Origin: an uncultured Thermodesulfobacteriota bacterium
GTDB taxonomy: Bacteria; Desulfobacterota; Thermodesulfobacteria; Thermodesulfobacteriales; Thermodesulfatatoraceae
Length of the DNA: 64,000 nucleotides
Assembly: GCA_964601575.1 (NCBI GenBank)
Contig: CAZROA010000069.1
Coordinates: 1,692-65,691 of the forward strand
Reading direction: 5' to 3'
The notes below the pieces were generated by a model. That model saw only the letters and a program-made list of their open reading frames with translations, had not been told where the DNA came from and did not search any database. How positions within the stretch are numbered: position 1 is the stretch's first letter; the number at the start of each line of letters is the position of its first letter. Made by a program: the position numbers and the translations under genes. Positions 20,241-29,704 of the stretch are shown one piece after another.

Positions 20241-20967
20241 GGCCCGGATCAAGAGAAAACTCCCCCATTTCACCTTGGACCTTTCTCTTGAGCTCCGTCC
20301 AAAAGATTACACGGTGATGATCGGCCCCAGCGGGGCTGGTAAGAGTATGACCTTGAAGATCCTGGCCGGGCTTGAGGAGGCCTTGGACCAAAAAGTACTT
20401 TTAAACGGTAAAGATATCTCGGCCCTCCCCCCGGAAAGGCGTGAAATAGTCTATCTCCCCCAAGGCAATTCCCTTTTCCCTCACCTGAGTGTCTTTGAGA
20501 ATTTGCTTTTTGTTTTTAAGGCCCGAAAAATCCCGATAAACAAAGCTTTTTTAGATAAAGTGATTGATTCCTTTGGAATCCGTCATCTTTTGAAACGAAA
20601 ACCCCAAAACCTTTCCGGGGGTGAGACCCAACGGGTGGCGCTGGCCAGGGCCATTTGCGCCAACCCTCAAGTCCTGCTCCTTGATGAGCCCCTGGCCTTC
20701 CTTGACTTCCACCTCAAGCTTGAGCTTGTGGCCTTTTTACAAAAACTTCCCACTGAATATCAGATCACCGTCCTGCACGTGACCCATGATCCCATCGAAG
20801 CGGCCCTTTTGGCCAAGAGGATCTACCTTTTACGCCAAGGCCAAATAGTTTTTACCGGAAATTTTGAAGAATTTTTAAGGGAAGCTCCAGAAGGCCTGGC
20901 CAACAAAGATCAGGTAGCCGACATACCCGGTTATGCCCGCTTTTGGGCCAAAGCTTTACGAGAGTAA
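20230..20967 (+). CDS. wtpC: Tungstate/molybdate ABC transporter ATP-binding protein (no TOBE/Mop tail)
   Basis: Walker A GPSGAGKS, signature LSGGETQRVALARA, Walker B LLLDEP. 245 aa. Overlaps the permease gene by 11 nt. Confidence 0.75.
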   Translation: MFLKARIKRKLPHFTLDLSLELRPKDYTVMIGPSGAGKSMTLKILAGLEEALDQKVLLNGKDISALPPERREIVYLPQGNSLFPHLSVFENLLFVFKARKIPINKAFLDKVIDSFGIRHLLKRKPQNLSGGETQRVALARAICANPQVLLLDEPLAFLDFHLKLELVAFLQKLPTEYQITVLHVTHDPIEAALLAKRIYLLRQGQIVFTGNFEEFLREAPEGLANKDQVADIPGYARFWAKALRE

Positions 20968-20983
20968 AAGCAAATTTGATTTT

Positions 20984-21535
20984 CTACACCAAGACCAAGC
21001 CGAGGAAGACCAGGGAGGTAGCAAGCCAAAAGAGCCAAGGGAGGAAGCCCGTATAACCTAGGAGCACAACGGTCAAGCAAAACAGGACTAGGCCGAGATG
21101 TAAGAGAGAAGAGCCAAGTTTGGCTCGGTAGCCTTCACAGCGGAAATTTAGTTTCCTGCCTGAAAGGACCAAAAGCAAAACCACCATCTGAAAGACAGAA
21201 GAGACAAGGAGCAAAGAGAGGAGGGCCAGCCGCCAGCCTCTGAAGATCCAAATACCTGCAAGCAGCGCCCCCATCAGCCCGGCCAAGAGATTAAGCCAGC
21301 GCGAGGACAGGAGGCGATTAGGAATACACAGGGCCAATACCAAAAGGAGGCCCCCAACCAAGGGGGCGGCAAGTTGATTCATACGCTCTTGATAAGCCAC
21401 TTTGACCATCGGCGAGACATGGGCCAGATCCGCCCACTTGAAGTAAAACATGCTCCCGATACACAGGAGGGAGAGCGAAAACATCAAAATCACCGCGGCG
21501 ATGGTCAGGCCAAAGTCGTAATTAAATCTCCTCAT
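20984..21535 (-). CDS. Hypothetical integral membrane protein (about 5-6 TM)
   Basis: Hydrophobic, Leu-rich ORF. The ATG at 21535 lies 1 nt after the stop of the upstream CcsA-like gene (TGAAATG). I recognise no family. Confidence 0.55.
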   Translation of the reverse strand: MRRFNYDFGLTIAAVILMFSLSLLCIGSMFYFKWADLAHVSPMVKVAYQERMNQLAAPLVGGLLLVLALCIPNRLLSSRWLNLLAGLMGALLAGIWIFRGWRLALLSLLLVSSVFQMVVLLLVLSGRKLNFRCEGYRAKLGSSLLHLGLVLFCLTVVLLGYTGFLPWLFWLATSLVFLGLVLV

Positions 21536-21536
21536 T

Positions 21537-22559
21537 TCAATGCACCGTATGCTCTCCCGGAAAGAGATAAGAGGCGGCAAAGGTGTAAAGCATGGCTACA
21601 AAACAGATGATCCCCAACCAACTGACAAAGGACCACATCCCCCGGCGGGTGAGATAAAGCCGGGCGTGGAAATAAGTGGAAAAGACCAACCACATCATAA
21701 TGGAGCTGGCGATCTTTGGATCCCACCACCAGTTAGGCCCCCAGGCCTTAAGGGCCCAAGGAAAACCGAGGAGCATCCCCATGGTCAGGGCGATATATCC
21801 CGGCCTGGCAAAACGATAGGCCATCTGGTCAAGCTCCGGCCTCTTGATGACCAACATGGAGAGACAGGCGACAAAAAACACGGTCAGTGCGGCGTAAGAG
21901 AGAAAGAGAAGGGGCGGATGAACCCACATGTAATGGGCATTGTAGAAAAAGACCATGCGCGGGTAGAGTCGGGCAAAAAGCCGAGCCCTTTCCATGAGAG
22001 ATAAAGGCATGGTCCAGGGTCTAATCTTTTCAAAGAACCGCGGAAGGGGATCGGTAAAAGGATTGATAAACAGGAGGATCAGGAGCTGAAGGCTGAGAAG
22101 CGCGGAAAGGGTGGCCCTGGTAAACCTGAAGCTCACCCCACGACAGGCCCATATAGCCATCACGGCATAGCCAGAGAACCAAAAGAGGAATTTTTCCCGT
22201 TCAAGCCAAGGGGGTAGGAGAAAACGCGGCGGGGCCTCGGGCCGATAAGGAGGAAGGACCCCATGGCCCATGGTTTTTAACCAGTGGTTTATCATCGGGG
22301 CCAATTTGGGTGGGAGCTCAAGGGGTAGCGCCAAATAAATGGCCAGGTGGAGATAGCCAACGAGGAGAAGGGCAAACCCCAAGGTAACCACTGAGACCAA
22401 GATGGTTCGATAATGCCAACGCCAGGCCCTTTTATCCTCAGAAAAGACATACCAGACAAGGGTGCCCATAAGGGCTGCCACTAGAATCCCCAGAAAGATC
22501 CTGACCAGGCCTCCAAGATCTTGATAGACTTGAAAGGCGTGTCCTAGATCAAATCCCAT
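21537..22559 (-). CDS. Cytochrome c assembly / heme-handling membrane protein, CcsA (ResC) family
   Basis: Polytopic membrane protein with the Trp-rich WWD motif (WGPNWWWDPKIASSIMMW) flanked by conserved His residues (YFHAR, GEHTVH). Confidence 0.75.
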   Translation of the reverse strand: MGFDLGHAFQVYQDLGGLVRIFLGILVAALMGTLVWYVFSEDKRAWRWHYRTILVSVVTLGFALLLVGYLHLAIYLALPLELPPKLAPMINHWLKTMGHGVLPPYRPEAPPRFLLPPWLEREKFLFWFSGYAVMAIWACRGVSFRFTRATLSALLSLQLLILLFINPFTDPLPRFFEKIRPWTMPLSLMERARLFARLYPRMVFFYNAHYMWVHPPLLFLSYAALTVFFVACLSMLVIKRPELDQMAYRFARPGYIALTMGMLLGFPWALKAWGPNWWWDPKIASSIMMWLVFSTYFHARLYLTRRGMWSFVSWLGIICFVAMLYTFAASYLFPGEHTVH

Positions 22560-22568
22560 AGATAGCGT

Positions 22569-24080
22569 TTAAGTACTCGGTTTAAAGTGCTCAATAGAAC
22601 CAAAGGTTTTGAGGTTGCCATCCTCAAGGACAGAGACCGCACCATGTCCTCCACAAATAAGACACCGTTTACCAGAAGACCTCAAGGCCCGGTCAGCCTC
22701 TTCGGCTATCTTGAGTAGGGCCTCTCTTTCTTTGGCGGCGATTTCACTGTCTACATTGACTGAAGTCATCAAGATTTTGGCCAAACGATTAAATTCGCGA
22801 CGCTCTTTGGTGAAGCTTTCAAGATTTAATAGGCTGTCTCCGGTAAAAAGGAGCCCGGCTTCCGGACAGAAGAAAAAGACCTGACCGTAAAGATGCCCTC
22901 CGAGGCTCTCCAGGACTTCGAATTCTAAAGGGCCTACCTTGAAACGATAGATTATCGGGAAGATATGGCGTAGGCCCAAGACCTCCTGGGGGAAGAGCTC
23001 TACCCTCTGGGGTGGGGTAAAACAGGAAAAGAGATTGATGATTTTGGTATAAACCTCTTCTAAGATCGAACCCTCCACCCGAGAACCATAGGCACGATTG
23101 GCTCGTTCGATAATTTCCCGGGTGCCGGAGTGCATAAAAGAAGGGGCTTCGAAAAATCCCGCTGCGCCAACGTGATCGGCATCGGCATGGGTGATAAAGA
23201 GGCGGGAGAGCTTTTTCAGGTTTCCAAGGCCATAATGTTGAAATAGGCGCAGGATATCCGGGTGATAAAGGCCATAGCCGGTGTCAATCATGACCATTTC
23301 TTCCGGGGTATGTAGGACAAAGATGTTCCCTCCATAAGGGGGTTGAAAACAAAAGAGCTTTACCTCCTCGGCCACTTTAAAACGTTGGACATCGGCGTAA
23401 AAGTTTTCCCCGGTGGTGTTTTTGAGGTGCTGGCCGGTGGCCAGGATGCTCTCAAAGACCTCCTGCGGGTCCTGTTTTAGATTGGTAAGTTCTTGGACAA
23501 TGTGGTTGATGTCGTGGAGCAACCGCAGGAGAAACTCGTCTTCTGCTTCCCCGATGATCTCCCGCAGTCTTTGGGCAAACTTGAGATAAAAGACAGTGTT
23601 ATCGAGATAGTCCCCTCGGGTATCGTATTCCAGGATTTCTATTCGGTAGCGTGACTTCAGACGGTTTAGGAGTTTATCAATAATGGCACTGCGCTCTACG
23701 GTGAGGCTTACCGTGAGTCGATCTGGATGGCGTCCTTGATCATCAAAGTCAAGAAAGGCGATATTGGCTTTGGCATCGGTAACGTAATTTAAGAATTCAA
23801 AGAGGGCTCCAGGGCGGTTGGGAAGATAGATATTAAATTTTAGAAACCCCAAGGGCTCAAGGGATTCCTGGAGATAGCCTATTTTCTGAAGCCCCTCACG
23901 TATGTTTTGGTAATCCCTCTCTGAGTCAAGGGTCACCTCGAAAAAGACCGTGTGCGGGTCAATCCGGCGATCGTAATGGATGCGATTGATGTTACCCTGA
24001 TACTGGCGGACGATTTCGGCGGCCTTGTGTAAGGCCCCGGGTTGATCCGGCATACGGGCCACGAAATAAAATTTGGGCAT
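22569..24080 (-). CDS. ACT-ACT-metallo-beta-lactamase fold hydrolase
   Basis: Two N-terminal ACT-like modules (DQPGALHKAAEIV; NRPGALFEFLNYV), then an MBL core with ITHADADHVGAAG (HxHxDH variant) and the later metal ligands GGHLYG and TGDS. Confidence 0.7.
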   Translation of the reverse strand: MPKFYFVARMPDQPGALHKAAEIVRQYQGNINRIHYDRRIDPHTVFFEVTLDSERDYQNIREGLQKIGYLQESLEPLGFLKFNIYLPNRPGALFEFLNYVTDAKANIAFLDFDDQGRHPDRLTVSLTVERSAIIDKLLNRLKSRYRIEILEYDTRGDYLDNTVFYLKFAQRLREIIGEAEDEFLLRLLHDINHIVQELTNLKQDPQEVFESILATGQHLKNTTGENFYADVQRFKVAEEVKLFCFQPPYGGNIFVLHTPEEMVMIDTGYGLYHPDILRLFQHYGLGNLKKLSRLFITHADADHVGAAGFFEAPSFMHSGTREIIERANRAYGSRVEGSILEEVYTKIINLFSCFTPPQRVELFPQEVLGLRHIFPIIYRFKVGPLEFEVLESLGGHLYGQVFFFCPEAGLLFTGDSLLNLESFTKERREFNRLAKILMTSVNVDSEIAAKEREALLKIAEEADRALRSSGKRCLICGGHGAVSVLEDGNLKTFGSIEHFKPST

Positions 24081-24089
24081 AGGCGCCTC

Positions 24090-27000
24090 CTAGTCACACT
24101 TGGAATAACCGCAACTACGACAAAGGAGACAACCGCTTTCCGCCTCAAGCGGCCCTCCGCAATCAGGGCAAGGTCCAAAGGAAGGCGGCTCCTCTGGCTG
24201 AATCTCGATGTGTAGGGCCTCGGCCAGTATCTTGGCCACGGCGTCCGGACAAGAAAGGATGGGTTTGCCTTCTTCCCAGGATGGGGCAGGGCAACGGATC
24301 CCGGAGAGCTGTTTGATGATCGCCTCGGGTTTTACCCCGGAGCGCAGGGCCAGAGAGATGAGACGGCTGGTGGCCTCGATCTGGCAAGAGGCACACCCTC
24401 CGGCCTTACCCATGGTAGCAAAGACCTCACAGAGCCCTTTTTCATCCCAATTAACCGTTACATAAAGGTTACCGCAACCAGTACGGATCTTACGCGTAAA
24501 ACCACGGGTGATCTTGGGCCTTGGCCTCGGGGCTACCCCTCCTTCGGTCTTTAGGGTTAACACCTGGCGTGGTCGGCTTCCGTAACGATAGACCGTGACC
24601 CCTTTGAGCCCGAGTTCATAGGCCAAGAGATACGCCCGACGTACATCCTCCTGCGTGGCTTCTTGGGGGAAATTGATGGTCTTTGAGACGGCGTTATGTA
24701 CATGTCGCTGAAAGGCGGCCTGGATGCGCAGGTGTTGCTCCGGTGAAATATCAAAGGCGGTGACAAAGAGCCGCCGGATCTCTTCGGGGACCTCCTCGAT
24801 TTTGGCCACCGAACCGGTACGCAGGGCTTGTTCGATAATCTTTTCGATGTCTTCTGCCGAAAGGCCGTGATCCTCAAGGGCCTTTTTAAAGAGAGGATGC
24901 ACCTCTTTGAGTTCCGTCCCCTCAAGCACCCGTCGGGTATAGGCTACGGCAAAAAGGGGCTCGATCCCTGAGGAACAACCAGCAATAATAGAAATGCTCC
25001 CGGTGGGGGCAATGGTCGTAGTGGTAGCATTTCGCATATAAGGGGTCTCTGGACGGTCCCAGATGCTCCCTTTATAGGCCGGGAAATTGCCGCGGCGTTT
25101 GGCCAGCTCGGCACTGGCGCGAAGGCTTTCTTCTTCGATGAAGCGCATAACCTCTTCGGCTATTTCGATGGCCTTTTCCGAATCGTAGGAGACACCGAGC
25201 TTGATCAGCATATCGGCAAAGCCCATGACTCCGAGGCCGATCTTACGCGTCTTTTTGGTGATCTCTTCGATATGAGGGAGGGGAAAACGGTTTACGTCGA
25301 TCACGTTGTCGAGGAAGTGTACGGCCTGGTGGACTACTCGGCCCAAGCGCTGGTAATCGATGCTTTTGTCTTTTACAAACCGGGAGAGATTTATAGATCC
25401 GAGATTACAGGATTCAAAGGCGAGCAAGGGTTGCTCCCCGCAATTGTGGGCTATGAAACCGTTGGCGTCAAAGGCGTTTGCCCCGGGGACTTGGCAATCG
25501 AAAACCTCGGCCTCTCCTGCTGGAACTATTTCGGTAATAGTGGCTATAAAGCGTTCCCGATTAAGACACCGTTTATACGAAGAAAGGACTCTTTCGAGGC
25601 GTTTGGACTTTTCTTTATGGGTAAAACCGATACGTTCGGCGAATCTTTTGAGGTTTTCTCCAGAAATGATCAGTTCATATTGGGCCTTAATTTTATAAAG
25701 AGCCCGGCCTCCTTTTCCGTTCGGTAGGAATTTTTGGCCCTCCTTGCGTCTGTTTTCGTAGATACGAGAAAAAATGCCGAGCCTTAAGAGCATTCTTTGG
25801 ACTACTTTTAAGGTTTCGAGATTTGACTGGGCCAGGCGGATACTTACACCTTTTTTTAAATTTCCTTGGACCGAGCCATCGGCGTCAAAAAGTCCCCTTA
25901 AAAATCCATGATAAAAGGCACTCGAGGCCCGCTCTATGGCCGGAGTAGGGGTTTTATGGCCGACTTCAAGCCCAAGGTCAAAGGCCAAATCACGCAAAGC
26001 GGTACTGGCCAGACGGTACTCTTTACGGGAAGAAAGGTATTGCCAGCCCTTAAAACCACAACGGTGAGGGAGGCTCTTGGCCGCCCTGAGGGCTTCATCT
26101 AGGATTTCCTTGATCCCGTCCTGTCCATTTCCCCAAAGAGAAATCACCGCCTTGTCTTTCTTTAGGGTACCATCACCCACCAAAAGTCCCAGGAGATAGC
26201 CTTCTTCATAGGATCCGAACCCCGGCCAGAGGAGATTTTCTCCATGATCGTTTAAGAGTATTTGATCGCCGGGTTTGAGTCTTTCTACCGGGGTCCAAGT
26301 TGTTTCCATTCGATAACGCGTAAGATTCGTAACCCGAAGGAGGGGGTGGTTAGCGGTAAGGGTCAAGGTAAACCCCTCTTTGGTCCTCAGTTCTAACACC
26401 GGTTTTTTGCCGGTGGGGAAGAAGCCTGTCTCCGAAAGGAAGCCCTTCCCATTTAGGTAGGCCAAAAACTTCTGGTTTATCAGTTCTTTTACTTGTCTCG
26501 GACCTTCTTTGGTCATTACCCAGGTCTCGCCTATGACGCAGGGATTGGTGGCTTCGATCTCGCCGAGATGGGGGGTAGGATTCTTGGCATTGATGTGATC
26601 GATGAAGATCACCCCTGGGTCCCCACGGAGCCAGGCGTTTTCCACCAAAAGGTCAAAGAGTTTTCTGGCCGGTAGGCGGCGAACGACCTGGCCGTTTCGC
26701 GGGTTGATCAAGGGGAACTCTTCGTTGTTCTGGTAGGCCTTCATGAAGGCCTCGGTCACCGCCACCGAGATATTAAAATTAGTGAGCTTAGTAAGATCGC
26801 GTTTTATGGTGATAAATTCTTCGATGTCCGGGTGGTCGATACGCAGGATGCCCATGTTGGCCCCGCGGCGGGTGCCTCCTTGTTTGATGGCCTCGGTGGC
26901 GGCATCGTAGACCTGCATAAAAGAGACCGGTCCGCTTGAGACCCCGTGGGTGGAGCGCACGATATCCCCTTTGGGGCGCAGGCGCGAGAAGGAAAAACCC

Positions 27001-27371
27001 GTCCCTCCGCCGGATTTATGGATAAGGGCCGTGTACTTGAGGGTCTCAAAGATAGACTCCAGTGAATCCTCGATGGGTAGGACAAAGCAGGCCGAGAGTT
27101 GACCAAGCTCACGCCCGGCGTTCATCAGGGTAGGAGAGTTCGGCAGGAAATCGAGACTGGTCATCAGTTGATAAAACTCTTCCTCCAGGGCTTCGAGATC
27201 GGCCTTTCGATCATAGAGGAGATCAGCGGCGGCAATGGTCCTGGCCACCCGACGAAACATGTCTTCCGGACTCTCGATGGGATTTCCTTCCTCATCTCGA
27301 ATGAGATAACGACGGGCCAGGACCACCAGGGCGTTATGAGTTAAGGAAAGCTTGGTTTCCGGGAGTTTCAT
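24090..27371 (-). CDS. nrdJ: Adenosylcobalamin-dependent (class II) ribonucleoside-triphosphate/diphosphate reductase, intein-containing precursor
   Basis: RNR barrel motifs (SACFVLP, TNP/CGEQPL split by the intein, SKTINFP) and a C-terminal Cys-rich zinc ribbon (CPDCGGPLEAESGCLLCRSCG). The ATG at 27371 follows GGGGGAAGAGG. Confidence 0.93.
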   Translation of the reverse strand: MKLPETKLSLTHNALVVLARRYLIRDEEGNPIESPEDMFRRVARTIAAADLLYDRKADLEALEEEFYQLMTSLDFLPNSPTLMNAGRELGQLSACFVLPIEDSLESIFETLKYTALIHKSGGGTGFSFSRLRPKGDIVRSTHGVSSGPVSFMQVYDAATEAIKQGGTRRGANMGILRIDHPDIEEFITIKRDLTKLTNFNISVAVTEAFMKAYQNNEEFPLINPRNGQVVRRLPARKLFDLLVENAWLRGDPGVIFIDHINAKNPTPHLGEIEATNPCVIGETWVMTKEGPRQVKELINQKFLAYLNGKGFLSETGFFPTGKKPVLELRTKEGFTLTLTANHPLLRVTNLTRYRMETTWTPVERLKPGDQILLNDHGENLLWPGFGSYEEGYLLGLLVGDGTLKKDKAVISLWGNGQDGIKEILDEALRAAKSLPHRCGFKGWQYLSSRKEYRLASTALRDLAFDLGLEVGHKTPTPAIERASSAFYHGFLRGLFDADGSVQGNLKKGVSIRLAQSNLETLKVVQRMLLRLGIFSRIYENRRKEGQKFLPNGKGGRALYKIKAQYELIISGENLKRFAERIGFTHKEKSKRLERVLSSYKRCLNRERFIATITEIVPAGEAEVFDCQVPGANAFDANGFIAHNCGEQPLLAFESCNLGSINLSRFVKDKSIDYQRLGRVVHQAVHFLDNVIDVNRFPLPHIEEITKKTRKIGLGVMGFADMLIKLGVSYDSEKAIEIAEEVMRFIEEESLRASAELAKRRGNFPAYKGSIWDRPETPYMRNATTTTIAPTGSISIIAGCSSGIEPLFAVAYTRRVLEGTELKEVHPLFKKALEDHGLSAEDIEKIIEQALRTGSVAKIEEVPEEIRRLFVTAFDISPEQHLRIQAAFQRHVHNAVSKTINFPQEATQEDVRRAYLLAYELGLKGVTVYRYGSRPRQVLTLKTEGGVAPRPRPKITRGFTRKIRTGCGNLYVTVNWDEKGLCEVFATMGKAGGCASCQIEATSRLISLALRSGVKPEAIIKQLSGIRCPAPSWEEGKPILSCPDAVAKILAEALHIEIQPEEPPSFGPCPDCGGPLEAESGCLLCRSCGYSKCD
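25443..26540 (-). mobile_element. Intein (366 aa) with LAGLIDADG homing-endonuclease domain, inserted in nrdJ
   Basis: The host motif EATNP|CGEQPL is interrupted. The insert starts CVIGETWV (block A) and has TANH (block B), two LAGLIDADG motifs (YLLGLLVGDGTL, FLRGLFDADGSV) and the terminal FIAHN followed by the +1 Cys. Confidence 0.93.
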
Positions 27372-27533
27372 CCTCTTCCCCCTCGCCTTTCTTTCATGAA
27401 ATAACATTTTTAAGTCCCCTGAGCCAAGATCTAAAAATATCGACATTTTATGACCGAAAAGGTCGGAGAGGTCTTGATGAGAAGACGATCTTTTGTTTAC
27501 ATTGCCTTGACCCTAAAAAGGAGGTGACGGGGG

Positions 27534-27878
27534 ATGTCTGAAGCGTCTAACACCGAACTGCCCAAACTGGAGAAAAAGCTTGAGAAGATGACCATCAAAG
27601 AATTGCGTGAGGTCGCCCTCCAGATCCCGGGGATTCAGGGCGTTCACGGCATGAACAAAGAGGAGCTTATTTCTGTTCTTAAGAAGATCTACGGGATCGA
27701 AGAAAAGCCCCGCAAGGTCGGGGGCAGTATGCGGGAGCTCAAGGCCAAGGTGGCCAAATTCAAGGAATTGGCGGCCAAGGCCAAGGCCGAGGGCGACTTG
27801 GTACGCTATGAACGCTATCGTAAACTGGCCTCCCGTTTTAAGAAACGCACCAGGCGTCTGGCAAAGATGGCGGCTTAA
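27534..27878 (+). CDS. Small Lys/Arg-rich protein with Rho-N/SAP-like helix-extended-helix motif
   Basis: 114 aa. The [33 protein letters not shown] segment resembles the Rho N-terminal domain fold. AGGAGG precedes the ATG. Confidence 0.55.
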   Translation: MSEASNTELPKLEKKLEKMTIKELREVALQIPGIQGVHGMNKEELISVLKKIYGIEEKPRKVGGSMRELKAKVAKFKELAAKAKAEGDLVRYERYRKLASRFKKRTRRLAKMAA

Positions 27879-27880
27879 TC

Positions 27881-28774
27881 ATGGGTAAAACTGTCTTTGA
27901 AACCAATTTTCCTGATTTAAAGCTAAAACACCGGGGTAAAGTCCGTGATCTTTACGAGATTGACGATTATCTGCTCATGGTGGCCACCGACCGCATCTCT
28001 GCCTTTGATGTGGTCATGCCCACTCCTATTCCGGACAAAGGGGTTATCCTCACCCAAATGTCGCTTTTCTGGTTCGATTTTTTGAAGGACTTGGTGGAAA
28101 ACCACCTGGTCACCGCTGATGTCTTTCAGTACCCGCCGAGTTGTCAAGCCTACGTCGAAGAGCTTAAAGGCCGAAGCATGTTGGTGGTCAAGGCCAAGCC
28201 CTTGGCGGTGGAGTGCATCGTTCGGGGCTATTTGGCTGGCTCCGGGCTTAAGGAATACCGGCGCACCGGTACGGTCTGCGGGATCAAACTCCCGCCAGGT
28301 CTTCAAGAGGCCGATCGGTTACCAGAGCCCATTTTTACCCCCTCGACCAAGGCTCAGGAAGGGCATGATGTAAACATCACCTTTGAGGAATGTGCCCGCA
28401 TCATCGGGCAGGAACAGGCCGAGAGGGTCCGTGAACTCTCTTTGAGCATTTACCAAAAGGCTGCGGCTTATGCCGAGGAACGTGGTATCATCATTGCCGA
28501 TACCAAATTCGAATTCGGACTCTATCAGGACAAGCTCATCTTGATCGATGAAGTCCTCACCCCGGATTCTTCCCGCTTTTGGCCCAAGGATCGTTACCAA
28601 CCGGGCCGGCCCCAAGAAAGCTTTGATAAACAGTTCCTTCGGGATTGGCTGGAAGAAATCGGTTGGGATAAAAAGCCCCCGGCGCCTGCCCTTCCTCCGG
28701 AGATTGTCGAGAAGACAAGAAGCCGTTATCTTGAAGCCTTGAAAAGACTGACGGGAAAGGATTTACCTGTTTGA
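27881..28774 (+). CDS. purC: Phosphoribosylaminoimidazole-succinocarboxamide (SAICAR) synthase
   Basis: 297 aa long-form Pur[23 protein letters not shown] and [10 protein letters not shown] motifs. Confidence 0.95.
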   Translation: MGKTVFETNFPDLKLKHRGKVRDLYEIDDYLLMVATDRISAFDVVMPTPIPDKGVILTQMSLFWFDFLKDLVENHLVTADVFQYPPSCQAYVEELKGRSMLVVKAKPLAVECIVRGYLAGSGLKEYRRTGTVCGIKLPPGLQEADRLPEPIFTPSTKAQEGHDVNITFEECARIIGQEQAERVRELSLSIYQKAAAYAEERGIIIADTKFEFGLYQDKLILIDEVLTPDSSRFWPKDRYQPGRPQESFDKQFLRDWLEEIGWDKKPPAPALPPEIVEKTRSRYLEALKRLTGKDLPV

Positions 28775-29697
28775 ATTTCAAACATTACCGTCTACCATTA
28801 AAGACGATTGACTTCACCGACGAGACCTTTTGTCTTTCTTTCCCTTGCCGCTCGCTGGATTTGGTCAATTCCATCGATTTGGTAGGAATCATTCACCCCC
28901 CGGTAGTACGGAAAAACAGAAAGAAATACCAGATCGTCTGTGGACGAGGGCGTTTGGTGGCTGCCCAAAGGCTTGGCCTCCAAAGGGTTATGTGTAAAGT
29001 CCTCCCGGCATGGGTGGATGACCTTTCCTGTCTGATGATCGCCTTTGAGGAAAATATCACCACCAGGGGGTTCAACATCATCGAGCAGGCCTTGGTGATC
29101 GAAAAATTTCTTCACTATCTCTCCGAAGAGAAGGTCATAGAAGACATCCTTCCGCGTTTGGGCTACAGCCCTGCCTATAAGAATCTAGAATTTCTCCTCA
29201 AGCTGAATTTTTTGGAAGATGAGCTCAAAACCTTGGTCTGTGAAGAGATCATCCAACCCCAGTTGGCCATAAGGCTCCTTGACCTTGAAGAGATGGATCG
29301 TCAGGCGCTGGCCAGGCTCTTGGTCACCTTAAGGCCCGGGGCCAATCGTCAACGCCAGATCTTAGAAATCCTTCAGGATCTATCCCGTAAAGAAGAAAGG
29401 CCCGTTTATCAAATCTTAACGGAGCCGGCGATTGAAGAAATCTTGAGCCAGGAGAAGTTAAATCCTCCTCAGAAGACAGAAAAACTCTATTCTTATCTCC
29501 GAAAAAGGTTGTTCCCGAGGTTAGTGGCTCAGGAGGAGGCCTTTCGTAAATGGGCTGGTAAATTGTCCGGGGCCGGTATCCGGGTCATTCCTTCACAGGC
29601 CTTTGAAAAAGATTCCTATTTTCTCCAGATAGAATTCACCGACTCCCAAGACCTCTACCAAAAATGGCAAAAGTTAGGAGAAAAGATCAAGAATTGA
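28771..29697 (+). CDS. ParB/Srx-fold N-terminal domain protein (308 aa), function unknown
   Basis: ParB-box-like segment [30 protein letters not shown] followed by a helical C-terminal region. The TTG start overlaps the purC stop (TTGA). Confidence 0.6.
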   Translation: MNFKHYRLPLKTIDFTDETFCLSFPCRSLDLVNSIDLVGIIHPPVVRKNRKKYQIVCGRGRLVAAQRLGLQRVMCKVLPAWVDDLSCLMIAFEENITTRGFNIIEQALVIEKFLHYLSEEKVIEDILPRLGYSPAYKNLEFLLKLNFLEDELKTLVCEEIIQPQLAIRLLDLEEMDRQALARLLVTLRPGANRQRQILEILQDLSRKEERPVYQILTEPAIEEILSQEKLNPPQKTEKLYSYLRKRLFPRLVAQEEAFRKWAGKLSGAGIRVIPSQAFEKDSYFLQIEFTDSQDLYQKWQKLGEKIKN

Positions 29698-29704
29698 AGG
29701 GCTT

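Noticed and set aside
27447-27533. NrdR box or B12 riboswitch in the nrdJ upstream region.
   Set aside because: There is only one weak AT-rich pseudo-palindrome (TCTAAAAATATCGACA) and no tandem boxes. The leader of about 75 nt is too short for a cobalamin riboswitch.
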